This document shows, in pieces, positions 14,483 through 24,883 of a stretch of DNA of 28,682 bases. A program made the translations under genes and the position numbers. The notes under the pieces are model-generated. The model was given only the letters and a program-made list of their open reading frames with translations. It was not told the DNA's origin and made no database searches. Each line of letters opens with the position of its first letter. The stretch's first letter is position 1. The stretch is from a bacterium (GTDB lineage Bacteria > UBP14 > UBA6098 > B30-G16), in assembly GCA_021159335.1 (NCBI GenBank), contig JAGGRZ010000119.1, positions 1 through 28,682 on the forward strand, in the 5' to 3' direction.

Positions 14483-16858
14483 ATGGCTAATGAAGGTAAA
14501 ATATTCGAGCTTCCGCTGTTGCCTCTTCCGAGGGGATTGGTGGTTTTCCCGGGGCAACTTCAACCGCTCGCTGCGGTAGAGGAAAGCGATGTAAAGCTCA
14601 TAAACGATGTCCTTTCCAAGGACAAGACTTTGGCGCTTTTTGCCGTTAAGCCACCCGAGCTCGTCGAGAAAGAATCTATAGAAAACATAGTCTATCCGGT
14701 AGGTTGCCGCGCTGTGATACTGAAAATGGTCCGTCTCCCCGATGGGACGATAAAGTTCCTCACGAATGCACTTACTCGCGTGAAAATACTTGAAATAACC
14801 CAAAAGGAACCATACCCCAAGGCGCGGGTTCAGGAACTTATCGAGGAAGTAGCAAACGACGCAGAAGAAGCAGCATTAATGAGAACCGCCCTCGAAATTT
14901 TCGAGGAAGTAGTATCGATAGCGCCATATCTTCCTGATGAGATAAAACTTGCGGCACGAGCCATGACCGAACCCGGCAGACTGGCGGATCTTATAACAGC
15001 AAACCTTAACATCCCCCCCGAAGAAAAACAAAAAGCACTCGAAGAATTGTCCACAAAGAAGCGCCTTGAGCATGTCATATCGCTGTTACGAAAAGAGCTA
15101 ACCGTTCTTAAACTTACGCGGGACATACAAAGCAAGACTGCGGCAGAACTCGAGAAAGCGCAAAGAGAATACTTCCTTCGCGAACAGCTAAAACAAATTC
15201 AAAAAGAGCTTGGTGAGGAGACCACCCAGAAAGAGATCGAGGAACTGCGCAAGAAAATCGAAGAATCTGGCATGCACGAAGAAGCCAAAGAGGTCGCTTT
15301 AAGGGAGCTCAACCGTCTCGCGCGGATGAATCCCGCATCTCCGGAATATACCGTAGCGAGAACCTATCTCGACTGGCTAATAAACATGCCATGGAACATC
15401 TCAACCCAGGACCGCATAGACATAGCCGAAGCGAGAAAAATACTTGATGAGGACCACTACGACCTCGACAAGATAAAAGAGCGAATCCTAGAATTCCTCG
15501 CCGTAAGGAAGCTAAACCCAGATGTAAAATCGCCCATACTCCTTTTCGTCGGACCACCCGGCGTGGGTAAAACATCGCTCGGACAATCCATAGCGAAAGC
15601 ATTAGGTCGAAAGTTCGTGAGGATATCGCTTGGTGGTATGCGCGACGAGGCGGAAATAAGAGGACACAGAAGAACATATGTTGGTGCACTTCCGGGAAGG
15701 ATTATTCAGGGCATAAAGCGAGCAGGAACAAATAACCCGGTATTCATGCTGGATGAGGTGGACAAAATCGGTCAGGACTTTCGTGGCGACCCTGCGTCAG
15801 CTTTGCTTGAGGTGCTCGACCCAGAACAAAACCATGCCTTCATCGACCATTATCTCGATGTGCCATTTGATCTATCAAAAGTGATATTCATAGCCACTGC
15901 GAACTACATCGACCCCATTCCGCGCGTCCTTCTCGACAGAATGGAAGTGCTAAGACTGCCCGGCTACACCGACCTTGAAAAACTTCAGATAGCAAAGAAA
16001 TACCTCATACCAAAAGAGATCAAAAATCACGGGCTGACGAGAAAGCAAATAAGATTCACGGATAAAGCGATAAAGTTTATTATAAACTCTTACACTCGCG
16101 AGGCAGGGCTTAGAAACCTCGACAGAGCTATAGAATCCATATGCCGCAAGGTCGCCAAGGAAATAGCAGAAGGCAAGACCGAGAAGGTAAGTGTGACAAT
16201 GGATGTTGTTCGCAAGTATCTTGGGCCGGAAAAGTACATCCAGGAAAAAATTCTAATAAAGCCCAAAGTTGGGGTTGCCACTGGACTCGCATGGACGCCG
16301 TATGGCGGAGAGGTGCTTCTTGTCGAGGCGACTGTAATGCCCGGAAAGGGGAGGCTTATACTGACCGGAAGCCTTGGCGAGGTGATGAAAGAATCAGCAC
16401 AAATAGCGCTATCATATGTTCGCTCACATGCCTCTGAACTCGAGATAGACGAGGAAATATTCGACAAAAGCGATGTGCACATTCATGTCCCAGCAGGCGC
16501 GATTCCAAAAGATGGACCATCGGCAGGCGTAACGATGATCACAGCGTTGGTTTCGCGGCTCGTCGGTCGTCCGCCCAAAGAGGGCATAGCGATGACCGGT
16601 GAAATAACTTTGCGCGGTGATATACTGCCTATAGGCGGTCTTAAGGAGAAATCATTGGCTGCCCACCGCGTTAAAATAAAGAAAATTCTAATCCCCGAAT
16701 TTAACATGAAAGACCTCGAAGAACTACCCGAGGAAATCCTCAACCAAATAGAATTTATCCCCGTTGAAACCATCGAAGAAGTCCTCTGGTATACTTTGGG
16801 GATAAAATTTGGTGTTCTGGAACGCGCTTCCAGAAAGAAAGAGAAGGCAAAAATATGA
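14483..16858 (+). CDS. lon: ATP-dependent Lon protease (LonA type)
   Basis: Lon N-terminal domain. AAA+ Walker A GPPGVGKTSLGQSIA and sensor region. Protease domain with DGPSAGVTMITALVS (catalytic Ser) and KEKSLAAHRVKIKKILIP (catalytic Lys region). Confidence 0.95.
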   Translation: MANEGKIFELPLLPLPRGLVVFPGQLQPLAAVEESDVKLINDVLSKDKTLALFAVKPPELVEKESIENIVYPVGCRAVILKMVRLPDGTIKFLTNALTRVKILEITQKEPYPKARVQELIEEVANDAEEAALMRTALEIFEEVVSIAPYLPDEIKLAARAMTEPGRLADLITANLNIPPEEKQKALEELSTKKRLEHVISLLRKELTVLKLTRDIQSKTAAELEKAQREYFLREQLKQIQKELGEETTQKEIEELRKKIEESGMHEEAKEVALRELNRLARMNPASPEYTVARTYLDWLINMPWNISTQDRIDIAEARKILDEDHYDLDKIKERILEFLAVRKLNPDVKSPILLFVGPPGVGKTSLGQSIAKALGRKFVRISLGGMRDEAEIRGHRRTYVGALPGRIIQGIKRAGTNNPVFMLDEVDKIGQDFRGDPASALLEVLDPEQNHAFIDHYLDVPFDLSKVIFIATANYIDPIPRVLLDRMEVLRLPGYTDLEKLQIAKKYLIPKEIKNHGLTRKQIRFTDKAIKFIINSYTREAGLRNLDRAIESICRKVAKEIAEGKTEKVSVTMDVVRKYLGPEKYIQEKILIKPKVGVATGLAWTPYGGEVLLVEATVMPGKGRLILTGSLGEVMKESAQIALSYVRSHASELEIDEEIFDKSDVHIHVPAGAIPKDGPSAGVTMITALVSRLVGRPPKEGIAMTGEITLRGDILPIGGLKEKSLAAHRVKIKKILIPEFNMKDLEELPEEILNQIEFIPVETIEEVLWYTLGIKFGVLERASRKKEKAKI

Positions 16859-17778
16859 AAGACGACCTTATCAAGCTCATGAACTCCTCCCCCGAAAGCT
16901 TGGAGCTGGAGCTTGCGAACATAGCCAGCGTATTTGAGATACAATTGCCAGAAAAAGTTCATAAACTTATCTCTAAGATAAAAGAGATTCAATCTTACAA
17001 AAATATTGATAACTTTTACAAAAACGCTCCTGAGGAACTTTGCAAACCTCAACTTATACTTGAGCTATCGGACTTTGTAGATTACTGGAACAAGCTCATA
17101 TCAAAGCGAGACGAACTCGCGCATGCTGCCAAATTCCTTACCGAAGCAGTTCTGCCTCCCGGAAACCTTAGACTCTCGTTTATGGCTAAAACCCTGTCGG
17201 CTATGGCGGAATCGATTTTTACCTCACCTCTGGTGGACGAATTCATAGAAAGATTCGAGGCATTGCTATGCGAATATACCGCTGAATACCTGAAATTTCA
17301 TGTGGAACACAATAGAAATCTAGAGAAGTTATCAGACAAAATCGATGAACTAAAAAGCAGACTCGAGATAATCTGTGCACTCGCAGAGATAGAGCTTCTG
17401 AAAAACTATTGTGAGACAAAGGACAGGGAAGAGTTCGAGCTTCTTTTGCCCGGATGGGAACCATGCAAATACATTCCTAAGGCTGAGGACATAGAGCAAG
17501 AATTTGTTTGCCCCGAGTGCCACCGAACATTCACTGATGCAGGTATAATCACAGTATTCGACGATATCTACAGAAAATGGGAAACAGTCTTTCTTCGATG
17601 CATGAGAGCGCTATCGTATAACCTCTCCAAGGTAATACTCGAATCGGAAAAGGACCCGTTAAAGTCTCTTTTAGACTCGGTAGCGGTGTCCGACCTTTCG
17701 AAAATTCGCTCGATAATGTCCCCGGAACTTCTCGAAAGAATAAAAAAGATTCTGGGCGAAAGTTCAAGCTCCGAATAG
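16855..17778 (+). CDS. Hypothetical helical protein translationally coupled to lon
   Basis: 307 aa, predicted mostly alpha-helical. Single CPECH motif. ATGA overlap with the lon stop. No family recognised. Confidence 0.55.
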   Translation: MKDDLIKLMNSSPESLELELANIASVFEIQLPEKVHKLISKIKEIQSYKNIDNFYKNAPEELCKPQLILELSDFVDYWNKLISKRDELAHAAKFLTEAVLPPGNLRLSFMAKTLSAMAESIFTSPLVDEFIERFEALLCEYTAEYLKFHVEHNRNLEKLSDKIDELKSRLEIICALAEIELLKNYCETKDREEFELLLPGWEPCKYIPKAEDIEQEFVCPECHRTFTDAGIITVFDDIYRKWETVFLRCMRALSYNLSKVILESEKDPLKSLLDSVAVSDLSKIRSIMSPELLERIKKILGESSSSE

Positions 17779-17854
17779 AAAATTAACGGTACGGTTTTTA
17801 TTTGTGCCGCTCAAACTTGCTTGCGTCATCGACTTCATGAACTAACTTACACTT

Positions 17855-18463
17855 ATGGACATTGAGGGCTACAAATATGTGATTTCAGCAATTCTTTTGG
17901 CACTTCTTGGCTACATCGCTGGTGGAATTATCGGGAATGTTGTGTTGTGGCTCGGGATTGCATCCGCGTTGTTCATCTCCTTTTTCTTCCGCGACCCAGA
18001 GCGCAAGATAACCGCAGGCAAAGGTGTTGTGCTCTCCCCGGCAGATGGCAGGGTGGTGGCGTGCGACAAACGCTCGGATGGGAAAAAAGAGATTGCCATA
18101 TTTATGTCCCTTTTTAATGTCCATGTCAACCGGAGCCCCGTATCGGGTGAGGTCACATCTGTAAAGTATGAGAGAGGGAAGTTTTTCGTTGCATCAAAAG
18201 ACGAAGCAAGCGAACAAAACGAGCGCAACGAGATTACTATAAAAACCGAACACGGCGACATAATTGTTCGTCAGATAGCAGGATTTTTAGCAAGGCGAAT
18301 AGTATGCAGGGTAAAAGCTGGCGATAGGCTTAGCATAGGCGAACGGTTAGGCATAATAAAGTTTGGCTCAAGAGTTGAGGTGGTTTTGCCGGAGACAGCG
18401 CATCTTATGGTCGATAAGGGAGACAGGGTTGTTGGTGGACGCACGATAATAGCCAAATTCTAA
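17855..18463 (+). CDS. psd: Phosphatidylserine decarboxylase, short (archaeal/Psd-related) form
   Basis: ~200-aa protein with an N-terminal TM and the conserved IKFGSRVEV self-cleavage motif region (Gly-Ser pyruvoyl site). Adjacent to pssA. Confidence 0.8.
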   Translation: MDIEGYKYVISAILLALLGYIAGGIIGNVVLWLGIASALFISFFFRDPERKITAGKGVVLSPADGRVVACDKRSDGKKEIAIFMSLFNVHVNRSPVSGEVTSVKYERGKFFVASKDEASEQNERNEITIKTEHGDIIVRQIAGFLARRIVCRVKAGDRLSIGERLGIIKFGSRVEVVLPETAHLMVDKGDRVVGGRTIIAKF

Positions 18464-18467
18464 GTTT

Positions 18468-19235
18468 ATGAACACCAAAATTCAGGAAAAAAAGCTAACT
18501 TTAAGACGCATTAGACGGAAAAGTCAGTTCATGCCCATTGTCCCGGGTATCTTCACGGTCGGAAATGTGATAAGCGGATTCATATCGCTCGTGCTCTCTC
18601 TTTCGGGCAACTTCGTCAGCGCTTCATTCCTAATTATCCTTGGTGTCATATTTGACCTTCTCGATGGTAAAATAGCCCGCATGACCCATGCCACATCTCG
18701 CTTCGGTGTCGAATTCGACAGCCTTGCTGACTTCCTGACATTCGGAATAGCACCATCTTTCATGCTATTTGCCATGGGGGTTTACGACTTCCATCACTGG
18801 GGATTCCTTGTGCCGATACTTTACATTATTGCTGGCGCTTTTAGACTTGCTCGATACAACCTAACAGCTGAGCACAATGTTAAAACAGATTTTCGGGGCA
18901 TGCCACTACCTTTGGGTGGAATATTTATTGCAAGCTATGTGCTATTCTCATACGAGCTCTGGGGCGAGCTTAGATACAAACAAAACCTTACCCCAGCACT
19001 GGTTCTTCTATCTTGGCTTCTAATCTCCAATGTAAGATATCCCGCGACTATAACGATAAAACCCGGAAAGCTTTTCAAATTAAAACTCGGTGCAACGATA
19101 CTAATCATTCTTGCGATACTTTGCAAACCAAAACTTTTCATTTTCCCCGTGGTAGCAGTTTATATACTTTACTCTTTCATAAAGGAGATATACTGGTTCA
19201 TAAGCCGTTTTCAAAGGAGAGGTCATGAGATATAA
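18468..19235 (+). CDS. pssA: CDP-alcohol phosphatidyltransferase, likely CDP-diacylglycerol--serine O-phosphatidyltransferase
   Basis: D(x)2DG(x)2AR...G(x)3D(x)3D motif: DLLDGKIARMTHATSRFGVEFDSLADFLTFG. The alternative start MPIVPGIFTVGN at 18531 resembles canonical PssA N-termini and may be the true start. Confidence 0.85.
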   Translation: MNTKIQEKKLTLRRIRRKSQFMPIVPGIFTVGNVISGFISLVLSLSGNFVSASFLIILGVIFDLLDGKIARMTHATSRFGVEFDSLADFLTFGIAPSFMLFAMGVYDFHHWGFLVPILYIIAGAFRLARYNLTAEHNVKTDFRGMPLPLGGIFIASYVLFSYELWGELRYKQNLTPALVLLSWLLISNVRYPATITIKPGKLFKLKLGATILIILAILCKPKLFIFPVVAVYILYSFIKEIYWFISRFQRRGHEI

Positions 19236-19497
19236 TATAAGGATCGCAGTGGAGCGGAAAAAAGGCGTCGCAGACCCTGAAGGGAAAACGATTTTCGAGG
19301 CACTCGGTCGCCTTGGATACGAAAAGGTCGAATCGGTAAGAGTAGCAAAACTTTTCGATGTCGTAATAAACGCCCAAGACCAAAATGAGGCTAAATCAAT
19401 GGCGGAAGAAATCTCGGAAAGAGTGCTTTCAAACCCCGTTATTGAAACATTCACAATTTTATCGATATCGGAGACAGGCGATGGAGGCAACGAATGA
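19225..19497 (+). CDS. purS: Phosphoribosylformylglycinamidine synthase subunit PurS
   Basis: Size and sequence ([40 protein letters not shown]) match PurS. SD AAAGGAGAGG. Followed by purQ. Confidence 0.9.
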   Translation: MRYNIRIAVERKKGVADPEGKTIFEALGRLGYEKVESVRVAKLFDVVINAQDQNEAKSMAEEISERVLSNPVIETFTILSISETGDGGNE

Positions 19498-20195
19498 AGG
19501 CTGGGGTTATAATTTTCCCGGGCTCAAATTGCGATAGAGACACCTATTGGGTGCTCTCAAAGGTTTTGGGCGCTGAGACGAGATACCTCTGGCACGACGA
19601 CACCCAGATAGACGACCTCGACCTCGTGGTGCTTCCCGGAGGTTTTTCATATGGTGATTACCTTAGGACAGGCGCGTTTGCACGATTTTCGCCGATAATG
19701 AAAGCAGTGGCTGACTTCGCAAAGAATGGTGGGATAGTGCTGGGCATATGCAATGGCTTCCAGATACTGCTCGAAGCAGGGTTGCTTGAGGGAGCCATGA
19801 TACCAAACAAATCCCTAAGATTCATTTGCGATTGGGTTAGAATCCGAGTGGAACGAGACGATACTCCGTTCACTGCTAACGCTAAAATAGGCGATGTGCT
19901 CAAAATCCCGATCGCTCACTTTGAGGGAAATTATTTTGCGCCAAAGGAAATTCTTAGCAAGGTTGAAAAAAACCGTCAGGTCGTTTTTCGATACTGCACG
20001 GAGAATGGGGAAATAACCGAAGACGCCAACCCTAATGGAAGTTTAAATAACATTGCTGGCATAATAAACGAGCAGGGGAACATTCTCGGAATGATGCCTC
20101 ATCCCGAGCGCGCGAGCGAGGCTATTCTTGGCTCAGAGGACGGTAAAGTAATCTTTGAGTCAATAGCAAAATATATAAAACAAAAACGCGGATGA
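19494..20195 (+). CDS. purQ: Phosphoribosylformylglycinamidine synthase, glutamine amidotransferase subunit PurQ
   Basis: Class I GATase: GICNGFQIL (catalytic Cys) and MMPHPER (His/Glu). SD GGAGG. ATGA overlap with purS. Confidence 0.95.
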   Translation: MKAGVIIFPGSNCDRDTYWVLSKVLGAETRYLWHDDTQIDDLDLVVLPGGFSYGDYLRTGAFARFSPIMKAVADFAKNGGIVLGICNGFQILLEAGLLEGAMIPNKSLRFICDWVRIRVERDDTPFTANAKIGDVLKIPIAHFEGNYFAPKEILSKVEKNRQVVFRYCTENGEITEDANPNGSLNNIAGIINEQGNILGMMPHPERASEAILGSEDGKVIFESIAKYIKQKRG

Positions 20196-20449
20196 AAAAA
20201 TTCTGGACATTCGTTATCGCACTTATCATAGGAATAGTAGCTGGTCAGCTTGCGACGGAGCTCGTAAGATTAGCTCTCCCTACTGGCGTGGTGCGCGACT
20301 TCTTGACTTTCTCCGTGTCGTTCGGTTTCAATCCTATAACTTTGGACCTCGCCGCCATAAAGATAACATTCGGATTAATGTTTTCCATGAGTATTATAGG
20401 CTTTCTTATCATTGTCCTTATCGTTTATTACTTTAAGTGGTGGATTTAG
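20192..20449 (+). CDS. Small membrane protein (DUF4321-like)
   Basis: 85 aa with two hydrophobic segments. The family assignment is from memory of DUF4321 layout and is unverified. Confidence 0.5.
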   Translation: MKKFWTFVIALIIGIVAGQLATELVRLALPTGVVRDFLTFSVSFGFNPITLDLAAIKITFGLMFSMSIIGFLIIVLIVYYFKWWI

Positions 20450-20475
20450 CCTTTCAAGCGCAGGAGTCAGCTAAA

Positions 20476-21444
20476 ATGCACGCACTTGTTATTGGAGCAT
20501 CGGGATTCATAGGAAGCCACATAGTTGACAACCTCATAGAGCGAGATTACGAGGTAACAGCCATCCTAAGGCACACAAGCAACGCGAGGTGGGTAAATCC
20601 GAAAGCCGAGATAGTCCGCATAAACACATTCAAACCTGAGCAGATAGCCGACAGATTTGCAAAAGCGGATTACTTCGTTCATGTTGCTGGACTTGTCAAA
20701 GCCTTAAGGATAAGGGATTTTTATCGCGTTAATGCTGAGATGGTTAAAATATGGCTTGAAGCATGCGAAAAATATTGCACGAAACTAAAGCGGTTCGTTC
20801 TCGTAAGCTCACTTGCAGCTGCTCGTCCCTCGGAGGTTCCTATAGATGAAACAGTGCCATCAGAACCGGTAACACACTACGGCAAAAGCAAGCGTCTCGG
20901 GGAAATTTACGCCGAGAAATTTATGGAAAAGATACCTATAACCATAGTAAGACCCCCTGCCGTCTACGGACCAAGGGATACGGAGATACTACGATATATA
21001 AAATTTATCAAATTAGGCATAGCTCCTATAGTTGGAAAGCCAACAGTAAAGGCTTCTTTAATATTTGTTTCAGACCTTGCGAGGGCTATAATAGAACTTA
21101 TGGAGTGTCAAGAGGCTGCCGGTGAGACTTTTTTCGTAAAAAGCGACAAGACGCCGACGAGACTCGAATTCATAAAAGCTATAGCAGATGCCATGAACAA
21201 AAAACCCTTATTCATTCGAATTCCCGAGCCCATAGTTTACCTCGCTGCCTTTTTGTCCGGGACATACGCGAAGGTAGTCGGCAAAGCAACGATATTTACT
21301 CTCGACAAAACGCCTGAACTTCTGCTGTCATGGAATGTAGACGATTCCAAAATAAGGAAAACAATAGATTTCAAGCCAATGTATAGTCTTGAGGAAGGGT
21401 TTAAGTTGACGGTGGACTGGTATAAAAAAGTAGGCTGGCTTTGA
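20476..21444 (+). CDS. NAD(P)-dependent epimerase/dehydratase (extended SDR family)
   Basis: Rossmann GASGFIGSHIV and catalytic YGKSK (YxxxK). ATG 20476 with SD AGGAG is preferred over the tracked 20437, which would overlap the upstream gene. Confidence 0.85.
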   Translation: MHALVIGASGFIGSHIVDNLIERDYEVTAILRHTSNARWVNPKAEIVRINTFKPEQIADRFAKADYFVHVAGLVKALRIRDFYRVNAEMVKIWLEACEKYCTKLKRFVLVSSLAAARPSEVPIDETVPSEPVTHYGKSKRLGEIYAEKFMEKIPITIVRPPAVYGPRDTEILRYIKFIKLGIAPIVGKPTVKASLIFVSDLARAIIELMECQEAAGETFFVKSDKTPTRLEFIKAIADAMNKKPLFIRIPEPIVYLAAFLSGTYAKVVGKATIFTLDKTPELLLSWNVDDSKIRKTIDFKPMYSLEEGFKLTVDWYKKVGWL

Positions 21445-21815
21445 AAAAAACGGCTTACATAGGCGATGGGGTGATAATAATCGTCGTGCTCATAGTAGGC
21501 CTCTCCCCAATAGTTAGCATACGAGGAAATGATAGAGCAACATCTTTTGAGATAACTATTAACGGGCGCGTTTACAGAACAGTATCGGCAAGCATCGACA
21601 CCACAATTATCATTCCGGGGGAGATGGGCAAGATGGTTCTGGTTATAAAGGACGGTGTGGCATGGGTATCTGAGTCCTCATGCCCGCGGAAAATATGCAT
21701 TAAGACAGGCAAAATAAACCAACCCGGTCAGGTTATAGCATGCGTACCCAACAAGGTCCTCATCAAAGCTTTAGGGCCTCAGAAAAGGCGCGAAATAGAT
21801 GCTATACTTAAGTGA
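21441..21815 (+). CDS. NusG domain II-containing protein (DUF1312-like), membrane-anchored
   Basis: N-terminal TM, CPRKIC motif, GQVIACVPNKVLIKA. Putative TTG start overlaps the epimerase stop. Paired with the HepT1-like gene. Confidence 0.65.
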   Translation: MKKTAYIGDGVIIIVVLIVGLSPIVSIRGNDRATSFEITINGRVYRTVSASIDTTIIIPGEMGKMVLVIKDGVAWVSESSCPRKICIKTGKINQPGQVIACVPNKVLIKALGPQKRREIDAILK

Positions 21816-22332
21816 TAGAACCAGGAAATTGGCTTTGTATTCCATACTTGTCTCACTGTCACTTTCCATCTGGGTATTCGAGGAGTTTATTCCCCGCCCG
21901 GCGCCATGGCTAAAGCCGGGGTTCTCCTACATTCCCGTCATAATAGGCATGGAACTCATGGGAACGGTGCTTGGCGGGAGCATAGCCTTGTTGCGTTCGT
22001 TTTTAGGTGCATTGATTTTTGGGCGACTCTTCTCAGCGTCTTTTATCCTCTCCATAAGTGGTGCTTCAGCAGCAGTAATAATTATGAGCTTATTGTTTCC
22101 GTTGCGCGGAAAGGTTCTGACATATATAGGAATAAGTGTTGCTGGAGCATTCACGAACATACTGGCACAGCTTATAATAGCGGGGAAACTTTTCTACGAC
22201 ATGAAAGCTATGCTAATGCTTCTTCCCCCCTCAACACTGTGGACAATTTTTGCCGGCGCTGTAGTCGGCATATTAGCCAATGCCATAATAAAAAGCAGAG
22301 TATCTGCCTCGTTGAAAGAGCGAAAAAATTAA
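21799..22332 (+). CDS. Gx-transporter / heptaprenyl diphosphate synthase component I-like membrane protein
   Basis: 177-aa polytopic membrane protein (Hpre_diP_synt_I-like layout). It shows the canonical pairing with a NusG_II protein. Confidence 0.6.
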   Translation: MLYLSDRTRKLALYSILVSLSLSIWVFEEFIPRPAPWLKPGFSYIPVIIGMELMGTVLGGSIALLRSFLGALIFGRLFSASFILSISGASAAVIIMSLLFPLRGKVLTYIGISVAGAFTNILAQLIIAGKLFYDMKAMLMLLPPSTLWTIFAGAVVGILANAIIKSRVSASLKERKN

Positions 22333-22346
22333 TTGGCTTGTAATGC

Positions 22347-22583
22347 TTATACTTCCTGTTCGTTGCCCAAAGCTTTTTTAAGCATGGATAGTGCCTCGCT
22401 GGTTCGCTCAGCTTCCTTCTCGTCAACCTTCGCAATAGCGAATCCTGCGTGAACCATAACGATGTCGCCTACTTTAGCATCAGGCAGCACCATTAACGAT
22501 GCACGCTTCCTGAGCCCGCCGTAATCAATTATCGCGTACTCACCCTCAATTCTTACTATTTTACCGGGCACCGCAAGGCACAT
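22347..22583 (-). CDS. hypC: HypC/HybG/HupF-family hydrogenase maturation chaperone
   Basis: N-terminal MCLAVPGKIV with the essential Cys2. ~78-aa OB-fold size. No hydrogenase or other hyp genes in the window. Confidence 0.8.
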   Translation of the reverse strand: MCLAVPGKIVRIEGEYAIIDYGGLRKRASLMVLPDAKVGDIVMVHAGFAIAKVDEKEAERTSEALSMLKKALGNEQEV

Positions 22584-22587
22584 TTTT

Positions 22588-24810
22588 TTACATTGGCTTT
22601 TTGATGAAAATTCGTTGTTCAGCAGCCTGCTTTGCAGCTATTATAAAGTCTTTATAGCGCTGATAATCCCTCGTCGGTATTTTTATCTTCTTCAATCTGA
22701 ACTTTTCGTGAACCGTTATTTTGTTGCCCTTTTTAGAGTATGTTATAGAGAAATCGGCGTATGGCTCGCACGAAAGTTTCACACCTTCAGGCAAACCTAC
22801 CACCCTCGCGCCTTTCGGAAGTTCGATGGTAACATTATATTCCTTAGCTCTGGGGCAACTGTATTTTATCGCGTACTTTCTTTCCGCAAGATTAACCTCC
22901 TCAAACCCCGACATCGAATATTTAACGCCGGGAATGTCTATAATCCATATGTCGCCCTCCACCGATGGGAACGAATCGACCGATACTTTTGCCCATTCGC
23001 AAAGCTGGCTGTCCATGCTGCCTAAACCCTCAATCCCGAAGGTGTCTATCTTCGCGCGCGGGAATACTGAATTCATCCAATTCGTCACTATAACTCTGTA
23101 TCTTTCTTTCTGCTGATATTCCCAAAAAGCCCTATACCCAGCTTCAAGCATTCCGATAGGTATTGATTTAAAATCTGCTTTTGCGCTGCCGTCAGCGGAA
23201 AGTTTGAGTTTGACCTCAAGTCTTTCGAGATTTTCCTCCGGTGCATTGAGAGGTATTATCCCCACCTCCTTAGATATGGCATCGACAAATGATGCACCGT
23301 GGTCACTGCAGCTAAAGTAAGGATATTTGAAAGTAAGACCGGTGGCATCAAGTACCTGCCAGTGTCCGTCAGGAAGCTTAACGCGAGAAATAAGGTGATT
23401 AGCCCTTGTCGATGGGAGACACCTGTAAAAAAATGTATTTCCCGCATTAAGGATTATAGGATGAGCTTCGAAGCCAGCGGCTTTAAGCATGGTGCATAAA
23501 AGTATTCCTTTATCTGAACAGTCCCCATAGCCGTTTTCAAGTGTCTCCTCGGCAGGATGACCAGTCTGACCTGACGATACACTTCCCTTTATCGATATGT
23601 ACCTTATCTTGCGCTGAACCCAGCGATAAATCCTATCTATCTTCTCCTCAGGGGTTTTTGCCCCTTTTATTATTTCGTCAACGAGCTTCTGAATAGTATC
23701 GGTAACTATCATGCGCTTCTTCTGGAAATTCGCGAGCCAATCGAAAAGATAGTCCCAGTCCGGCATAGTTACACCGTAAAGATTGGGAGTAACATTACTA
23801 TAACCTATCATCCGCCTTTCATAAACAAAGGGCGGAACATGCATGTAGTGCCATTTATAGAGTTTTGATGTATCATCGACGGTTATCTCTGGCGACGATG
23901 AACGCATGGAATCGACGAATTCCTTAACCTTTTCCCCAAGAGAGCTGTCAGCAAGTATGACCTCTCCCGGCTTGAATCCATCCAGCTGGAACATCGTGGG
24001 AAAGAGGCAGAATTTCTTGTGAGCATCGGTTCCATAATACAGAGCCGAGCCAATAACGCGCCCGGGATTCTGTAAAAAGTAGTATAGCGTTTTATCCTTT
24101 GGAATCCTTACTTCATACCGGCTTGAGTAAACTGGATCCTCGTCCTGAAAATACCATGTAATTCTATATATGAAGGTATCGTAGGGATTGTAAGTCTCGG
24201 TTTCGTATACATATTCAACTATCGCGCCTATCTGCACATTGGGAATGTCGAGGCTGTAGACTTTTCCGTAACCAAAAAATGGACCACCACGGGTTATAGA
24301 GCTTATCGTCGCCTTTGAGGTGTCAGCGTAAACTATAGTGCTATCCGGAAGTATTACTCTTGCCCAAAGCACTCTGCTTGCGGAACGCCCCTCATTTATG
24401 TAAAGTCTTCTTTTCCCCCATTCCAACCGTGATGACTTTAAAATTTTGCCTGCGAAGTGATATTTATAATACCTCGTTCCGTCCGACCTTAAAAGCGAGT
24501 AGCCGTGGTCTATAAGAATCAATCCGGCTGCATCGGGATATTTACTCTCAAGGCTGTCAGCAACTGCCATGAGAAACTCAGGTGGATAAGCTTCCTCAAC
24601 TTTTTTTGCCTCAACCTTGCCCTTTTTAGCCTCAGCAAAAACCACACGGCGAATCTTTGCCTTGGGTATTTTCTCGCCGTCAATTATGAATTCATCGTTC
24701 TTAAGGATTATTTTCTTTGCTTTCTCCTCACCGCCGCCGTAGAACTCTATTTTCCCCGCAAAACTTAATGCTACAAGAAAAATTGCTACACATGTTAAAA
24801 CCCTGCGCAT
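22588..24810 (-). CDS. Secreted DUF3857/transglutaminase-like domain protein
   Basis: Signal-peptide-like N-terminus MRRVLTCVAIFLVALSFAG. Transglutaminase-like core GYGDCSDKGILLCTMLKAAGFEAHPI (catalytic Cys). SD AAGGAGGA. Confidence 0.75.
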   Translation of the reverse strand: MRRVLTCVAIFLVALSFAGKIEFYGGGEEKAKKIILKNDEFIIDGEKIPKAKIRRVVFAEAKKGKVEAKKVEEAYPPEFLMAVADSLESKYPDAAGLILIDHGYSLLRSDGTRYYKYHFAGKILKSSRLEWGKRRLYINEGRSASRVLWARVILPDSTIVYADTSKATISSITRGGPFFGYGKVYSLDIPNVQIGAIVEYVYETETYNPYDTFIYRITWYFQDEDPVYSSRYEVRIPKDKTLYYFLQNPGRVIGSALYYGTDAHKKFCLFPTMFQLDGFKPGEVILADSSLGEKVKEFVDSMRSSSPEITVDDTSKLYKWHYMHVPPFVYERRMIGYSNVTPNLYGVTMPDWDYLFDWLANFQKKRMIVTDTIQKLVDEIIKGAKTPEEKIDRIYRWVQRKIRYISIKGSVSSGQTGHPAEETLENGYGDCSDKGILLCTMLKAAGFEAHPIILNAGNTFFYRCLPSTRANHLISRVKLPDGHWQVLDATGLTFKYPYFSCSDHGASFVDAISKEVGIIPLNAPEENLERLEVKLKLSADGSAKADFKSIPIGMLEAGYRAFWEYQQKERYRVIVTNWMNSVFPRAKIDTFGIEGLGSMDSQLCEWAKVSVDSFPSVEGDIWIIDIPGVKYSMSGFEEVNLAERKYAIKYSCPRAKEYNVTIELPKGARVVGLPEGVKLSCEPYADFSITYSKKGNKITVHEKFRLKKIKIPTRDYQRYKDFIIAAKQAAEQRIFIKKPM

Positions 24811-24883
24811 AAAAATCCTCCTTGCTTAACCATACACATAATAATCGGATAAAAGAAAGCTTTATGCAAGAATTTAAATCTCT

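Noticed and set aside
22344-22383. ATGCTTA...TAAGCAT inverted repeat
   Set aside because: 7-bp stem with 27-nt loop lying inside hypC coding sequence. Not a credible structure.
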